Source of the DNA: Octopus sinensis
Lineage: Eukaryota
Assembly: GCF_006345805.1 (NCBI RefSeq)
Contig: NC_042999.1
Coordinates: 135,408,001-135,472,000, forward strand
DNA length: 64,000 bases
Direction of reading: 5' to 3'
Both the position numbers and the translations under genes were made by a program. Every line of letters begins with the position of its first letter. Within the stretch, counting starts at the first letter, position 1. Under the pieces are notes generated by a model. The model worked only from the letters and a program-made list of their open reading frames with translations, ran no database searches and was not told the DNA's origin. Positions 36,749 through 50,020 of this stretch are shown here, piece after piece.

Positions 36749-38431
36749 ACATCGACTCTTGTGCTCAATAAGCAGATACTTTATCGACCCTGAAAGGATG
36801 AAAGACAAAGTCGACCTCGGTGGAATGTTGAGCTCAGAACGTAAACCCGGAAGAAAAACTTGTTAAGCAGGCTGTCCGCTGTGCCAGTGCCTCTCTCAGT
36901 TCGCTGCCTTATGATTATATTAAATAATATGGCTGAAAAGGAAAAAGCACGGTCTTGTTTGGAGCGTCTTTGATTATAAGGTCTACTGGATTAGGATTAA
37001 CCTAGGACTAAACAACAACAACACAAAAAATTTCCCTTAATTCACACTCAACAGTCTTAAAAAAGAAGGATGTATTGAGTATTGTAGTTATAGATACGCC
37101 ATTTTTGCGAGAAAAAAGAAAGAAAAAAAAGAAATATAGAATAATCAAAACTGGAATGTCTGATCTTCTTGATCTAGACTCATCTAAATAACACCACCTT
37201 GATTCGAGACGGGGAACTTCTACATGGTCGCCCGAGCTGCCAGAAATATTAGTCAAATCTCCCTTAATTTACATTCTCATTTTAAAAGAGAATAACATTG
37301 TATAATGAAATACGGGATGCAGAAATTCCTAGAGAAAGGCGAGGTGGTCATGTCTGTAACGTTTTTGGCCATAGGTTTGCTAAGTCAAGGCTGACCTGAA
37401 GTTAAGTAAGAAATCCATTTCATTGAAAGATCAATTTTTTAAGCATGTATTTTTTTTTAAGTATTTGAATTGGTTCAAATATTTTTAAAACAATGATAGT
37501 CATCTGAGAAGTGACAGTGCACACGTCCGTTGCAGGCCTTCTCAGACTGGCGAAATTTATGCTGTTGATGTTCAATTTGAACACATGTAGGTCGCAGTCA
37601 GAAGCAAGAGAGGATGACCTTGGAAGTGAGAAGCTGTCAGATGACGAGGGATGAGAAACGGGTGGAGTGACTGGGCCTGCGTGCAACAGTATGCAGATAG
37701 TTAAGAAAACAAAAGCCTTTGTTGAAACGTGTGTGTGTGTGAAGGAGTGGGACATTCTAAAACTCTCAAAAAAGGCTATAAATCTCTGAACTAGAGTTTG
37801 AAGCTTGTTGGTAAGGAGGTAGGGTGTGATTTGAAGTAGAGTTAGCTGCTATTATTAGCAAGTCAAATATCCTTCGTTGGGAATTGGTCCAGTGTGTCAG
37901 AGAGTGAAGTAGCATCACTGTCGTATATATGTGAGTAGTATAGACATCTAGTTTGAGTTCGAACGACTTCACAAAATACAACACTAACTTTTCCAACGCA
38001 GCCATGAAACCGTAGCACTACCACTGTCTCCAACAGATTCACATTAACATTACATATAAGTTGGAAATGGTGAATTACATAGTCTCTGTGACAACTCCTA
38101 TGAAGTAAGTTTCGATCTCTGTTAGAAACTCGCATATACAACGAATTAGTCATGAAAATTATGCAACTCCATTTCACTAAACCACAAAAGCAAAGTATAT
38201 TATTCATAGGGGAAATCTATCTTGTTAACTCTTTGCTTATTGCAGAAAGAATATTTAAGGAGCGAGACATATTATAAAGAAAGGAATGTTGCGAAGAAAG
38301 AGATGTTGTGAAGGGTGGGGAGGAAGAAGGAAACATGTTGCCAATAAGACGTTGCTAAAAAGAACGAATCAACGCGAAAGAAAAATTTAAAGTATGAAAG
38401 AAAAATTAGCCTAGTTAAGATTAAACTGAGA

Positions 38432-39339
38432 TACGATATGGGCTAAATTTGACATTTTATGTCTCCTTTTTCAGAAACAGCTTGATGTGTTGGTGAACAG
38501 TTAAGTGACATGGAGGATTGGAAGGCATCTGAATGTTGGAAAAGAGTTACCAGTATCATGATGATTCGCGCGGGGTATCAAAATGCCGACATCATGACTG
38601 CGGCTCAATACTAATGAATACGGCAAAGGCTGTAGGATGTGACACAAACTTTATGAAAAACAAGTACCCCACACTGTAATGGTCTTTGAGTGTGTCTCCA
38701 GCGAAGGTGACGTCATGCCACCCCACACCTTTGAACAGGGCCTTAGACTAAATTCAGACGGCTATGTGAAGCTACTAGAGACTGTGATCAAACCCTGGCT
38801 GGAGAGGGTTGCAGTTGGAAAGCTGCATGTGTGGCAGCAGGATTCGGCTTCTTGTCATATCTCCGGAAGTGGTTATCAGGGAATTTCTACGACTTCACTG
38901 GCCTCGATTTCTGGTCTCCTACTTCCCCCAATGTAATTACTATGTATGACTATGTGTCGGGTGCGGTTGAGAAAGATATCAACCGTTCTGCCTGCAATAC
39001 CAATGCCAAGCTGATGGCCAAGATCAAAAAGGTGTTCAAAGATCTTCCCAGGGACATGGTGAGGAATGCATGTGCCAGGTTCCGGAGCTGTCTTGAGGCC
39101 GCAGTGGAAGCTAAGCGTGGTTACTTTGAGTAAACTGTTATTCCCCTTCCATAACCTAGTTGGTACTTTCCGATTTTTAAAATACTTGTATTTTTGGATG
39201 GGAGGCAGAGGGCAGCTACTTTCAGTGAATTGTTATCTCCCAGCCATAATCTAGTTGATATGTTTTTGATTTTTGAATGGGATATTGTACTTTGTTACCC
39301 TTTTATGCAAACTGACAAATTTAGCCCGAACAGTCTGTA
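38432..39339 (+). mobile_element. Tc1/mariner superfamily DD37D (maT-like) transposon remnant
   Basis: MVFECVSSEGDVMPPH.F..GLRLNSDGYVKLLETVIKPW...WQQDSASCH, then a frameshift to WSPTSP...DYV...EKDINR...RNACARFRSCLEAAVEAKRGYFE. Decayed TIR core GGGCTAAATTTG / CAAATTTAGCCC. Confidence 0.8.
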
Positions 39340-40486
39340 AGCACTAACAGGTATAGTTTTGAATTAGTGTGATATTTTGTAAATTTACTTGTTTGATCGG
39401 CTCCGTGGATTAAAAAAAATATTCTGCTGTGATACAAATCAGCATCAAGTATTCTGCTTTATTCAATGCCAACGATATTCAGAATGGTGCTTCGCAATTA
39501 AATGTTGCTCAATAAAGCCTTTAATGTTTACAGAACAGTGTACTAGAGAGACGGTTTCGCCAGTCATCACAAGCATGTTGGTTCCCCACTTCTGACATAC
39601 TATCATTTTTCAGTAAATCTGTTTTGCATCTCGGATAGACTTTGCTGCATTTACTTCAGTGAATCATATATCAAGGTTCAAATCCAATTTAGAACATCTT
39701 TGCTCTTCATTGAATTAGTGTAGAATTAATTGTTAGTTTGAAGAATTAACTTGGTGCTCATAGCATTTTCAATAATTACTTGGATTGGAAGAGAGTGGGT
39801 GACTGGAGAGAATGAATATGATTATTGTTCAGTTGGCAGTTTTTCCGTGAGGTGAATTTGTAGAGAAAGATTGATCAGAGATGAGCACAAAATATGTGAA
39901 AGGTGACAGGAAAAGGTCAAGTTTATCAAGTTCAGGAGAACAAAGATTATAGCAGTAATGATAAGAAAGGTAGACGGAAAACATACTTCGATGGTAGTGT
40001 AGTTGTAGAATGTATCTTCTCAGATAGGTAAGAAGCAGTACTGTCTATTGACTGTATTTGTGCTTTCAGTCAACAACTGCTTAAACTGAAAGTGTTTGCA
40101 GCTGTTGAGATACAGTTTTGGCCAGTAAAACATATGACAGCCATCAAAGGTCATATGAGATGTTAAAAATCAAACTGCTTTTGTGGAAGCGAGATAGTTT
40201 ATGCAAGGCAACGTCACATTTGAAGACGTTATATCAGGGAAATGCTAGACGTGTACAAACATTTTTGCCCTAAAAATCTACTGAATTTTGTGCAGTAGAC
40301 CTAGCAATTTGGAATCCTTTGTTGTCATGATAGAACACAGTTCCTTCTCTGTTAAGAATGCATTTTGTTTAAAACTTTTAACATGTATGTTGCTTATGAT
40401 CACGAGGTATGTAGTGCTGAATATTTGTTTGCTTCTAATGTCGTGCGTGTATTTGTTCTTATGTGTCAATATCATAGCTGTTAAAG

Positions 40487-41070
40487 GCGGCGTGCTGGCA
40501 GAAACGTTAGCACGCCGGGCGAAATGCTTAGCGGTATTTCGTCTGCCGTTACGTTCTGAGTTCAAATTCCGCCGAGGTCGACTTTGCCTTTCATCCTTTC
40601 GGGGTCGATTAAATAAATACCAGTTACGCACTGGGGTCGATATAATCGACTTAATCCATTTGTCTGTCTTTGTTTGTCCCTTCTGTGATTAGCCCCTTGT
40701 GGGTAGTAAAGAAATACGTATTTCGTTTGTCGCTACGTTCTGAGTTCAAATTCCGCCGAGGTCGACTTTGCCTTTCATCCTTTTGGGGTCGATTAAATAA
40801 GTACCAGTTACGCACTGGGGTCGATATAATCGACTTAATCCGTTTGTCTGTCCTTGTTTGTCCTCTCTGTGTTTAGCCCCTTGTGGGCAATAAAGAAATA
40901 GGTATTTCGTCTGTCTTTATGTTCTGAGTTCAAATTCCACCGAGGTTGTCTTTGCCTTTCATCCTTTCGGGGTTGATAAATTAAGTACCAGTTGCGTACT
41001 GGGGCCGATCTAATCGACTGGCCCTCTCCCCCAAAATTTCGGGCCTTGTGCCTAGAGTAGAAGAGAATAT
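40487..41070 (+). mobile_element. Trimeric SINE with 184-bp units
   Basis: Unit starts at 40534, 40718 and 40902. Confidence 0.85.
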
Positions 41071-44000
41071 CATATCTGTTGATTGAACACTACATTAAAA
41101 AAGTTAAATATAGATTCTCGGGTTAACTAAGAAGGAATCATTCTTCTACCATTGCAACAAATATCTCATATAGCTTAGATCACCCCCGAAAAGATTCAAT
41201 AGCTTGTCTGAGAAAAAAATTTTGTCCAACAAATTTTCCTGTTCTAGAGTCTTCTTTTCGTTGAGTGTTCATTATATTTAAACCTCAAGTCATGTGAATT
41301 TTAAAACATGTGTTTAAGCCAGCAAGAAAGCTACTAAATAGTCGATCGACCTACCAGAAATAGCAGCCAAATATTCATTAAAATCTGTCACAAGAAAGGA
41401 AAAAAAAATCGTAGAAACAATGTTATATCTTGACTTTAATTAAACAAATATTTTAACGGTAACATTTTTTTTCCTGCGACTTATTTCTGAAATTGCTTTC
41501 TTGTGAATTTTTTTCTTTGATTCTAAAGCCTAAAGTAGTAGTCAGACAATGCAGTCTTAGATACACTATATCTGAAAGTCTGACGAGATGGGCACGATTG
41601 AAACGTCTTTGAACACAGGTCTACCTGATAAGGACTAACCTAGGGTTAAACAACAACAAAAACAACAATATTAGTAGCAGCAGCAGTAGTTGCTGCAACA
41701 TAGCATTGAAAAATAACTTGGTTATTGACAACAATGGAAAGAGTGTACTGAATTTTCAAAGTTCCCTTGAATTTTTTTTTTCTAGCAACAAAACTTATGA
41801 GAATGACCTATCAGAAATGAAAATTTGAGATTCTTTCGGGTCGAATTGCTACTTAGAATGTTGGTGTCATACCTCCGTTGAATTTTTTAATTTTTCGGTT
41901 AAAAGAGGTTAGTAAAACATATATCAGCTTACCGGAGTGGAAGGGGAAAGAGCAAGTTGGGTTTATTTTGTAAAATAACTCAACTATGAGTTTAATCGGA
42001 TGAAAGTCTACATCGACTCCAGCGGGATTTAAACTCAAATTTAAACCGTAAAGACATGTAACTGAATACCACAAGTCATTTTTTAGTGGCGCCTTACCAT
42101 TTCAGAATTGGTAGAGAGCCGGACAAAATACCTTGCAATAATTTGTTATATCTGTTTACATTCCAAGTTCAAATCCTGCCGAGATCGATTTTTAACTTCC
42201 ATCTTCCTGATAAAGTATTGGGGTTCGATTTAATTGGGGTATCCATCTCACAAATTTGTGAGTTAACAGCCAATGTTAGAAACCCTTAATAATGGTTTCA
42301 AATTTTGACGCTAGGCCTGCAATTTCAAGGAAAGGTGCAAGAAGATTACACTGACCCGAGTGCTCAACTGGTACTTATTTCATCGACCCCGAAAGGATGA
42401 AAAGCAAAATCGACCTCGACAGCATTTGAACTCATAACGTGAAGACAAACGAAATGCCGCGAAGCATTTTTTCCGCGTGCTAACGATTCTTTTCTACTCT
42501 AGGCACAAGGCCCGAATTTTTTAGGGAGGGGACCAGTCGATTAGATCGGCCCCAGTACGCAACTGGTGCTTAATTTATCGACCCCGAAAGGATGAAAAGC
42601 AAAGACGACCTCGGCGGAATTTGAACTCAGGACCTAAAGACAGGCGGAATTTTTTCCCGGCATACTAACGTGTGAATTATAGAGATGACCCAGAAGTTGT
42701 TTTTCTTCGATTACTGTCGCAAACAGCAGTAGGTTTCTTCAGCTGAATGCAAGTCATTGATTGGTTAAAATTATCCAAATACGACAAATTAACACGAAAT
42801 AACTTCTAAAATACGAAATTTTGTCCAAAATGTTGAAACTAAACGGTGTTTAGCGTGAGAAATTACACGAATATACGAAGATTCAAACTGTTTAGTTAAA
42901 AAAAGTAATTTAAAAATCTGTAAGCCAAACTGAAAAGATCCCGCAAAGACGTTGAGGATAGTTGATAACATCGATTCCAGTTCTTGAGTGGTGGTCATTT
43001 TATTAAGTAAAGTTGATCACAACAGGAAAATGCAAAAGACTTTAGCTTACATCCTTCCGAGGTCGAAAAGAACCAGTCAAATACTTTTTTCGATATAACC
43101 AACTGTTCCCTTCCTTCCAAATTTTTGGCCGTGTGCACATGTTAACAATTATCATTATCACCATGATTATAGTCCTCCTCTTCATCATCATCCCCCTCCC
43201 TTCGTCGTTGCTGTCGTCATCATCACCATTGTTGTCGTTGTTGTTGTTATTATTATTATTATTATTGTTGCTGTTGTTGTTATTATTGAGTGAGAGAGTA
43301 CCTATAGTAGAAAGGATTAATTTTAGTTTCATTTTCACTACACAACCGAACACATATGTACTTTGGACATGTGCAAATGCTTTTGTACTTTAATGTTCTA
43401 TTTGAAGTACGACAAACATATTACTTAGCAATATGAGTACAGTGCTTTGTAGTGATAATTTCTGTATTAGGTATGTGTGTGTGTGTTTGTGTATGTATGT
43501 ATTTGTGCAAGACCGAGATTATTGATTATATATTACTTGTATGTGTTAAAATCATTCTCAAGGAACCAATTATTATGAGGATTGTTTCTGGTTTTCAATT
43601 CCTTCAGTCTGGTTATCGCCATTTCTTTTATAAATATATTTTAAGTTCCAACTGACTGGTACTGATAGCTCGACCAAGCGACACATTTCTGCTGGTGGTC
43701 CAAGAGAACAATATTAAGTCGCTTTATTTCGATCTTCCCGTCTTAGTTAATTAGCAGGTCACAGAATATAGCGACTTTCTTATTCTCTGAGACATTCACT
43801 GATGTATTTTTATACCATCTTTTTTTGTGTGTGGATTGCATAATGTTGTATATGATATGTCCCACTATACATATGTACACACACACACATACACAGTATA
43901 TACATACATACATTATATGTATGTATCAATATATATGCTCTTGGATAAGTTTGGACAACCAAAAATAAATTTGATTAATTATTTCTTCCCATCTTCACTT

Positions 44001-44229
44001 ATACTGCAGTTACATTTTGTGATCTTATTTTATGCTTTTGATAGCTTCTGGTGAGACGCATATTACAGTATTTAGCTGTTTCAATCATTAATCTAAAGCA
44101 TTTATATTCTTTTCTGACATTTTCTTTCATTTCTCTGTGTTTTGTACTCTGCCTAGTTCATTGATTCTCAAGCATTTTTAAGTCCGTGAGGTACATTCTT
44201 TTATATCTATTTATATACTTTTTCTTATT

Positions 44230-44440
44230 TTTCTAATCTAACACGATATCAATGACCTGAATACATTTTCCCCACTTCAAAGTTGCTCTTGCGCGTTTTT
44301 ATAATCCGAACTTCATATAAATTTTCTCTGATGATTCTGTGTATAGTCTGCAGCAGAGTTTCTCGTTGTTTATCATCTGCAGCGAAAAACTTGAGGTTAT
44401 CCCGACACAAAAGATAGTCTATCCCACTTACAGAACGCAT
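44230..44440 (-). mobile_element. R4/Dong-like LINE RT fragment
   Basis: IDYLLCRDNLKFFAADDKQRETLL resembles ISHLLYMDDLKLFAK. Confidence 0.45.
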
Positions 44441-44979
44441 TACATGTGTGTGCATGTATAAATGTGTGTGTGTATATGTATGTGTGTGCATATGTATATA
44501 TCAATTTTGGTTCTTGATATGTGGATGAATTTGCTATGTCAATCTAGCCTTCCATAGTTCCATAGTTGTCTTGAATGAACATATTAATGGCTTTCTCTAG
44601 AAATTCATCTTCTTGTACAGTATCTAACTATTAGGTCCCTTCCATGTGCCTTCTCATTAATGTAGCTTGCCTATAGCCATGGTAGAAGTTTCAGGGCCGA
44701 TTGTGTAAGTTTGGCTGTCGATGTTGGTACAGTATTCTTTTCTAGCCACAATGCATTCTGGTTGAAATCTCTTTTGATTACAGATCTCAGACCACAATGA
44801 TTCAAGATCTTGTCAATGCATATAGGTATACAAGTGTATGTGTATCTTTCCTCATTCCATTGTGTAGAAGAGTGTAGGCTCGAAACGTCAAAGACTCTTC
44901 TATTTTCCTGAGCGTCAAACTAATGTATCTTGTTTGTTGTTGTCTGTCCTTTGTTTTTTATACAATTTTGAACCATATA

Positions 44980-45022
<43 letters not shown>

Positions 45023-45061
45023 CATACACACTATATGCATAGTTATACACACACACACACA

Positions 45062-45097
<36 letters not shown>

Positions 45098-45149
45098 TGT
45101 ATGTATGTATGTATGTATGTATGTATGTATACATGACTAACTCAATTGC

Positions 45150-46282
45150 ACCACCTGGAAAGTCTTTTAGTTAATTATTTCGGGACACCATGGATCACTC
45201 AAGCAGAGAGTTGTTAGTTGAGACGTATCCAGGTGTAGGTAGTTTATCCGTTATTTCTTGGAGGAATTTGTCCTGGTGCCGTTTGAAAGTTGGGGGTGGG
45301 GGGAGGTCTTTTCTACTTTAATTTCTTTCGGGATAACATTGAAAAGAGCAGGACCATTTGCAGTGAAGAAATTGTGTCGCAATGTTCTTATGTGGTGTGA
45401 TCTCGACCTTTGTAGGGAACGAATTGCACGGAGGCCTAGTCTTGGGTGAATTGTAAGCATAATACCAATATCATTTGGATAATATTGGTGGAATATTTTC
45501 CACATGGTGCAAATAATGTATCGCTCTCAGCGGCGTTGCAGAGAATAGAGTTTCGGGTGTTTAAGTCTAACCCAATAATCAAGTCCCATCAAGCCATTTA
45601 TTTTTTTAGTGATCGATCTTTGTGACGCTTCGATCTTCATTATGTCTTTTTGTTTTTGTAGGAGGACCACAATGGGCAGCATTATTCAAGGTTGGGCCTA
45701 GCGAATGTGGAGAAAAGAAGAATGATAGTTTCGTGATCTCTAGATTGAAAAGTTCTGAGGATCCATGAGCCCATTCCGCGATCAACATTGACATCATTGT
45801 TGATGTGCAAACTCCAGCTAAGGTTGCTGTCGACAGTTACACCTAAGTCTCTGATATTATCCGACGATTCAAGTAGGTCTCCCAACGTTAGTGTATATGG
45901 TTGTTTGAGCGTGCCCTCTTTTCCAAAGTGGACGAACTTATATTTTTCTTCGTTCAACTGCATATTGTTCTTTCTTTTTGTGTACCCACTGCGTTACTGC
46001 GCATAGGCCCAATTGAAGCATCATTCGATCATTCTGCAAATATTTTAATGGTAGTGTCATTGATGAAGAGAATAAGAAGTGGACCCAGCACAGTACCCTG
46101 CGGGACTCCGCTGATGACTTTTGCTGGTCTTGAGTGGATGCCCTCAACCACAACATGCTGGGTACTGTTTGTTAGGAAATATCTAATCCATTGAAGTAGC
46201 TTTCCACCGACTCCAGTGTTTGGATAGTTTCCTTAACAGTATATTGCGGTCGATTCTGTCAAAAGGCTTGCTGAAATTAAGG

Positions 46283-46285
<3 letters not shown>
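45150..46285 (-). mobile_element. CR1/L2-type LINE, 5'-truncated and decayed RT region
   Basis: Minus strand SGVPQGTVLGPLL, MQLNEEKYKFVHFG, IRDLGVTVDSNLSW..HI, FARPNLE*CCPLW and SLQRRRER. Confidence 0.85.
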
Positions 46286-46327
<42 letters not shown>

Positions 46328-46456
46328 ATATATATAGAAAATAGTAAAAAGTGAAAAAACTACAGAAGGCTTGTTTCAAAAGGTTAAAAAATATATATTT
46401 GAGTCAATATGTCTGAAAAATGTTATAAATTTTTTTCTTACAATGACATTATTTAG

Positions 46457-46496
46457 AAGAAATGACCGGTTTCGCGTTCAGCTTTTCAAATTTCTT
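46457..46496 (-). ncRNA. Minimal hammerhead ribozyme, U3-A8 core, GUC site
   Basis: Minus strand: aagaaat TTGAAAA gc tgaac gc GAAA ccgg TC atttctt (7-bp helix I, 2-bp helix II). Confidence 0.65.
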
Positions 46497-46605
46497 ACAT
46501 CGTTATGTTTACGTTGAGAAGAGTTATCGTTATGTTTATGATGAGAAGAGTTCCAGATAAGGGGAGGTAATAAGTGATTTCTTCCGGTGTAAGGGAGATA
46601 ATCGC

Positions 46606-46812
46606 TTAAAATTTTTTGCATTTATTTTGGAGTGAATTTCTCTGTAAAAGTATGTTGGAATGGTTAAGTTTGGGCTTGTAATTTTCAATGAAGAATGTTT
46701 CCTTGTTTAGTCTAATTTGTGTTGGTGTTCCGGTAGCACATTGGTAAAATGGAAAGATTAAAAATTGTGGTAGTAGTTGCTTTGCACATTTCTCAATGTG
46801 CTCACTAAACTG
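46606..46812 (-). mobile_element. Penelope-like element 3' end, GIY-YIG C-terminus
   Basis: QFSEHIEKCAKQLLPQFLIFPFYQCATGTPTQIRLNKETFFIENYKPKLN...*, matching the R..KE..FI....P.LN motif. Confidence 0.8.
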
Positions 46813-47133
46813 TTACCACCAGCGAATCAGCCTCCCATTTTTGTCAAATTTAAGAACAATAATAGTTCGTGTTTCTTTTTATGTAAACAAACTTTCTATA
46901 TGCTTTCGGTGCGAATGGGTTCGACTCCCACGCGGATAGGAAAACCTTCGTTTTTCTGTCGAGGGCTTATATGCCCCTTTATTAGACTATTTTCCTTAGT
47001 CATTGCACGGTGATCGGTATAAGATTTAAGTTTATATAAAAATACCATTATTATTATTATTTACTGGATTGTAAAAGACCATTCGCACCGAAAGCATATA
47101 TATATATTGTCTTTTGGATTGGATTTTATATAT

Positions 47134-47167
<34 letters not shown>

Positions 47168-47371
47168 AAATAGAAATATGTTGCAAAAAGAAAATAGAAA
47201 GTACACGTGGAAATGTAAAGGGAAAGTAAGAAGAAAAATAAGCGAAAATGCACATTGGAAATCAAAAAAAGTAAAGGCTTTTTATGAAAAGTAACGATAG
47301 ATATATACAATTAGATGAATTGAGGTAAGAATACAAGTAATAAAAGTCATTATTGTGAATTGTTAAAGAGA

Positions 47372-47417
47372 TTCAAAAGCATACCGGTTTCGTGAATTTA
47401 CTAATCATTGCTTTGAA
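47372..47417 (-). ncRNA. Hammerhead-like motif with A3-U8 core, GUA site
   Basis: Minus strand: ttcaaagca ATGATTA gt aaattc ac GAAA ccgg TA tgcttttgaa. Confidence 0.55.
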
Positions 47418-47611
47418 TGCACACCGATTAATGAACGGTGTCAGGTCTACTAGTCCCTGAGTAAAACGATTATGTGTAAGGGAGGTAAGTTGTTCTGGAT
47501 TTGGTGCAGTTAGGGTAGATATAGATCTGTAATGTGAATGGTGTGTAGGATGTATGGGGTTAGTGGTATTAATTGAAAGGTTAGTAGTGTTCTTTATTAT
47601 GTTATGGTGTT

Positions 47612-47782
47612 CATATTGAGTTGTGGAAGATATTTATTGATGAAAGTTGCTTCTTTATTCATTCTTTGTTGTATTAAGGTGTTCTATGAACATTGATAGA
47701 AGGGGAAAATTAGGAGATTAGGATTAAGATTCCTAGCACACCTTTCTATGTGTTCACTAACCTGTATCTGTCTGTATTGTGG
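47612..47782 (-). mobile_element. Second Penelope-like GIY-YIG C-terminus
   Basis: PQYRQIQVSEHIERCARNLNPNLLIFPFYQCS*NTLIQQRMNKEATFINKYLPQLN. Confidence 0.8.
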
Positions 47783-47876
47783 GTGGCGGATTTGTTCTTT
47801 CTGTGTGTATGTATGAATCTATGTATGTATGTATGTATTTATGTATGTATATGTGTATGTATGTATCTATGCATAA

Positions 47877-47936
<60 letters not shown>

Positions 47937-48079
47937 TGTGATTCAAAATTGTATAAAAACAATTTATACATATTTACACCCAGTGGTCTGTCCCTCTGGG
48001 TGCGTATAAATATGTACACAGTTTGTGTGCGTGATGGTGTGAGTGCCTGTGTATACAAATGCAAATGCATATATTTCCG

Positions 48080-48123
<44 letters not shown>

Positions 48124-49379
48124 AATATATTTGTCATTAAACGTGCGTATCTGTGCCTATATGGACGTATGTATGTACTGAAGTATACGTGAATATGCAG
48201 TAATTAACATTTATATGTATATGTCTGCTGTTTTGGTTGTTTAAACCCTTTAACGGTTATCACACCTTGGTCTATTTATCGGTTACCAGCGTTAGATGCA
48301 TACATGCATGCATACATACATGCATGTATACATGCATACATACATACATACATACATACATACATGCATGCATACATACATACATACATACGAAAAATAT
48401 GAGATCAATATTAGTAGTTTTTAGTCGTAGGCCTTAATCGGAGAAAGAATATGGAGAGACTAAAAATTTAGATCTAATGATATCGAATATAAACTAGGGT
48501 TCAACTAAACAGATCAGTGTAATTTGCATAGTAGGGCATGTACTGACAACTTGGCTTGATTAATTCATCTGTGGTCCATCAGATTAAAAAAAAATTATCC
48601 AACGTTTTGGATAAAGGTTTTGCTTCACTGTGAAAAGTAAAGTTAATGTTTATGCCATAGTTTCGTCTCTCTGAGAGTAAACAAAATGCATGAGGGAGAT
48701 GAGATGAGTTTCTAGAGTTCTTGAAACGTCATTATTCTACTCATGGTGATTTAAAACTTGCAGCATAATTAAAGTTTGTGCCTTCGGCGAGGTCTTTAAT
48801 TTTGCTAACTTCATGACGTTAAACATAAAATGCAGCCTTAAAAATGTCACCCAGAGCACAGCACGTCCCTAGCCTATCCCATTTTGCTACGCCAGTATTG
48901 TAACTACTTTTTTTAGCGAGGCTAAAATTGAATGATTATTAAAAATAGAATTTATAGCGTATATTTCAAAAGTATAAATGCATGTGTTAGTGGGGTGGGA
49001 ATAGGGAATGTGTACGTCTGTTTCCGGCAGAAACGTATCACCATAAAAGCTTTATTATCATTCATGAAACAACAGTGTCTAGAATTTTAGTATTAATTAA
49101 ATAAATACATTGCATAATGCTCCTATGATCAAAGGTAGAATGATTATGAATTCTTACATTAATCTACGAAATAACAACAACAACAACAACAACAAAATGA
49201 TAGCCGGAACATTCGTCGTAAGAGCAAGACTGTGTCCCACCACCAGTTATGTTATTAGTAAGAAGGCAAGTTATATTAAGCATCTGTGAGCTATTAAATA
49301 AACAGCGACATTCACTGATTATCTCGGGAGGAAACAGGAAGGAAGATGTTTAAGATCAGCGTACGCTTTCAAGTGTCGT

Positions 49380-50020
49380 CTGGTATATAAATCGGGCGAT
49401 AACTAAGTAATGAAACTGAAGTGTTTCATTGGGATCTGGTTTGTTTGGCTGCCAGCATTTCAAAAATTAATGTGTAGCGTAGACTCGGGTGAAATTCCTC
49501 TCTCCCATTTATTATATAAATACGTGCATTCGAATGTAGCAGGGAACAACTAGCCTTTGGCCGCTGGTTGGTCCCGTTATGTCCACAACTCTGATTGGTT
49601 GGTATTGGCGTAATTTGTCTCTGACTCAATTGCGCCAACTTGCCGTGTATAACCAGTCAGATGCTCAAAATAGGATCACGTGGGACAGCCTGTTTACTAC
49701 CCTGTTTGAACCTACAGCTTCTTATAAAAACTCAACTTTTTCTCTTTCCGAGGACTTTGGTTCCAGACCTTTTAAGGTCAAGCCACTGGCCACAAAGACA
49801 TAGCCAGTTCCAGAGATAATGCCAGACAACACCACAGCAGCTACGTTGAGACTACCAACTTCGTCCAACAGTATTACGGCAACCTCCTTCTTCGTCGCCA
49901 CCATAATGTCCTTAACGTCGTCAACATCATCTCTCTTCGTACACAGCTCAGCAAGCGATTCACCCAGGTTCCAACAGTTAACTTTAATTGCTACTAACTC
50001 TTAATTTATTGATTTATAGC
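49380..50020. promoter_or_regulatory. Candidate regulatory or first-exon-like unique sequence
   Basis: CpG-richer non-repetitive stretch with ATTGG twice (49594, 49604), TGACTCA (49622), CACGTG (49677) and TATATAAA (49384, 49513). Motif clustering only. Confidence 0.25.

Noticed and set aside
37536-37586. Possible 51-nt exon (TTGCAG...GTAGGT)
   Set aside because: Splice-like motifs only, with no recognisable peptide or partner exons.
40487-41070. Regularly spaced repeats resembling a CRISPR array
   Set aside because: Whole 184-bp units are repeated with no unique spacers, there are no cas genes, and the context is eukaryotic.
41575-41615. CTGACGA...GAAACGTC
   Set aside because: The first helix I pair is mismatched, and the GAAACGTCTTTGA part belongs to a different common repeat, also seen at 36960 and 52130.
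44861-44895. HHR-like ..GTAGAAGAG TGTAGG CTC GAAA CG TC
   Set aside because: No intact CUGA-type core and no adjacent helix I. Possibly a PLE end relic, but not callable.
49722-49904. Hydrophobic 60-aa ORF MVATKKEVAVILLDE...
   Set aside because: No recognisable family, bounded by stops, and overlapped by equally open frames on the other strand.
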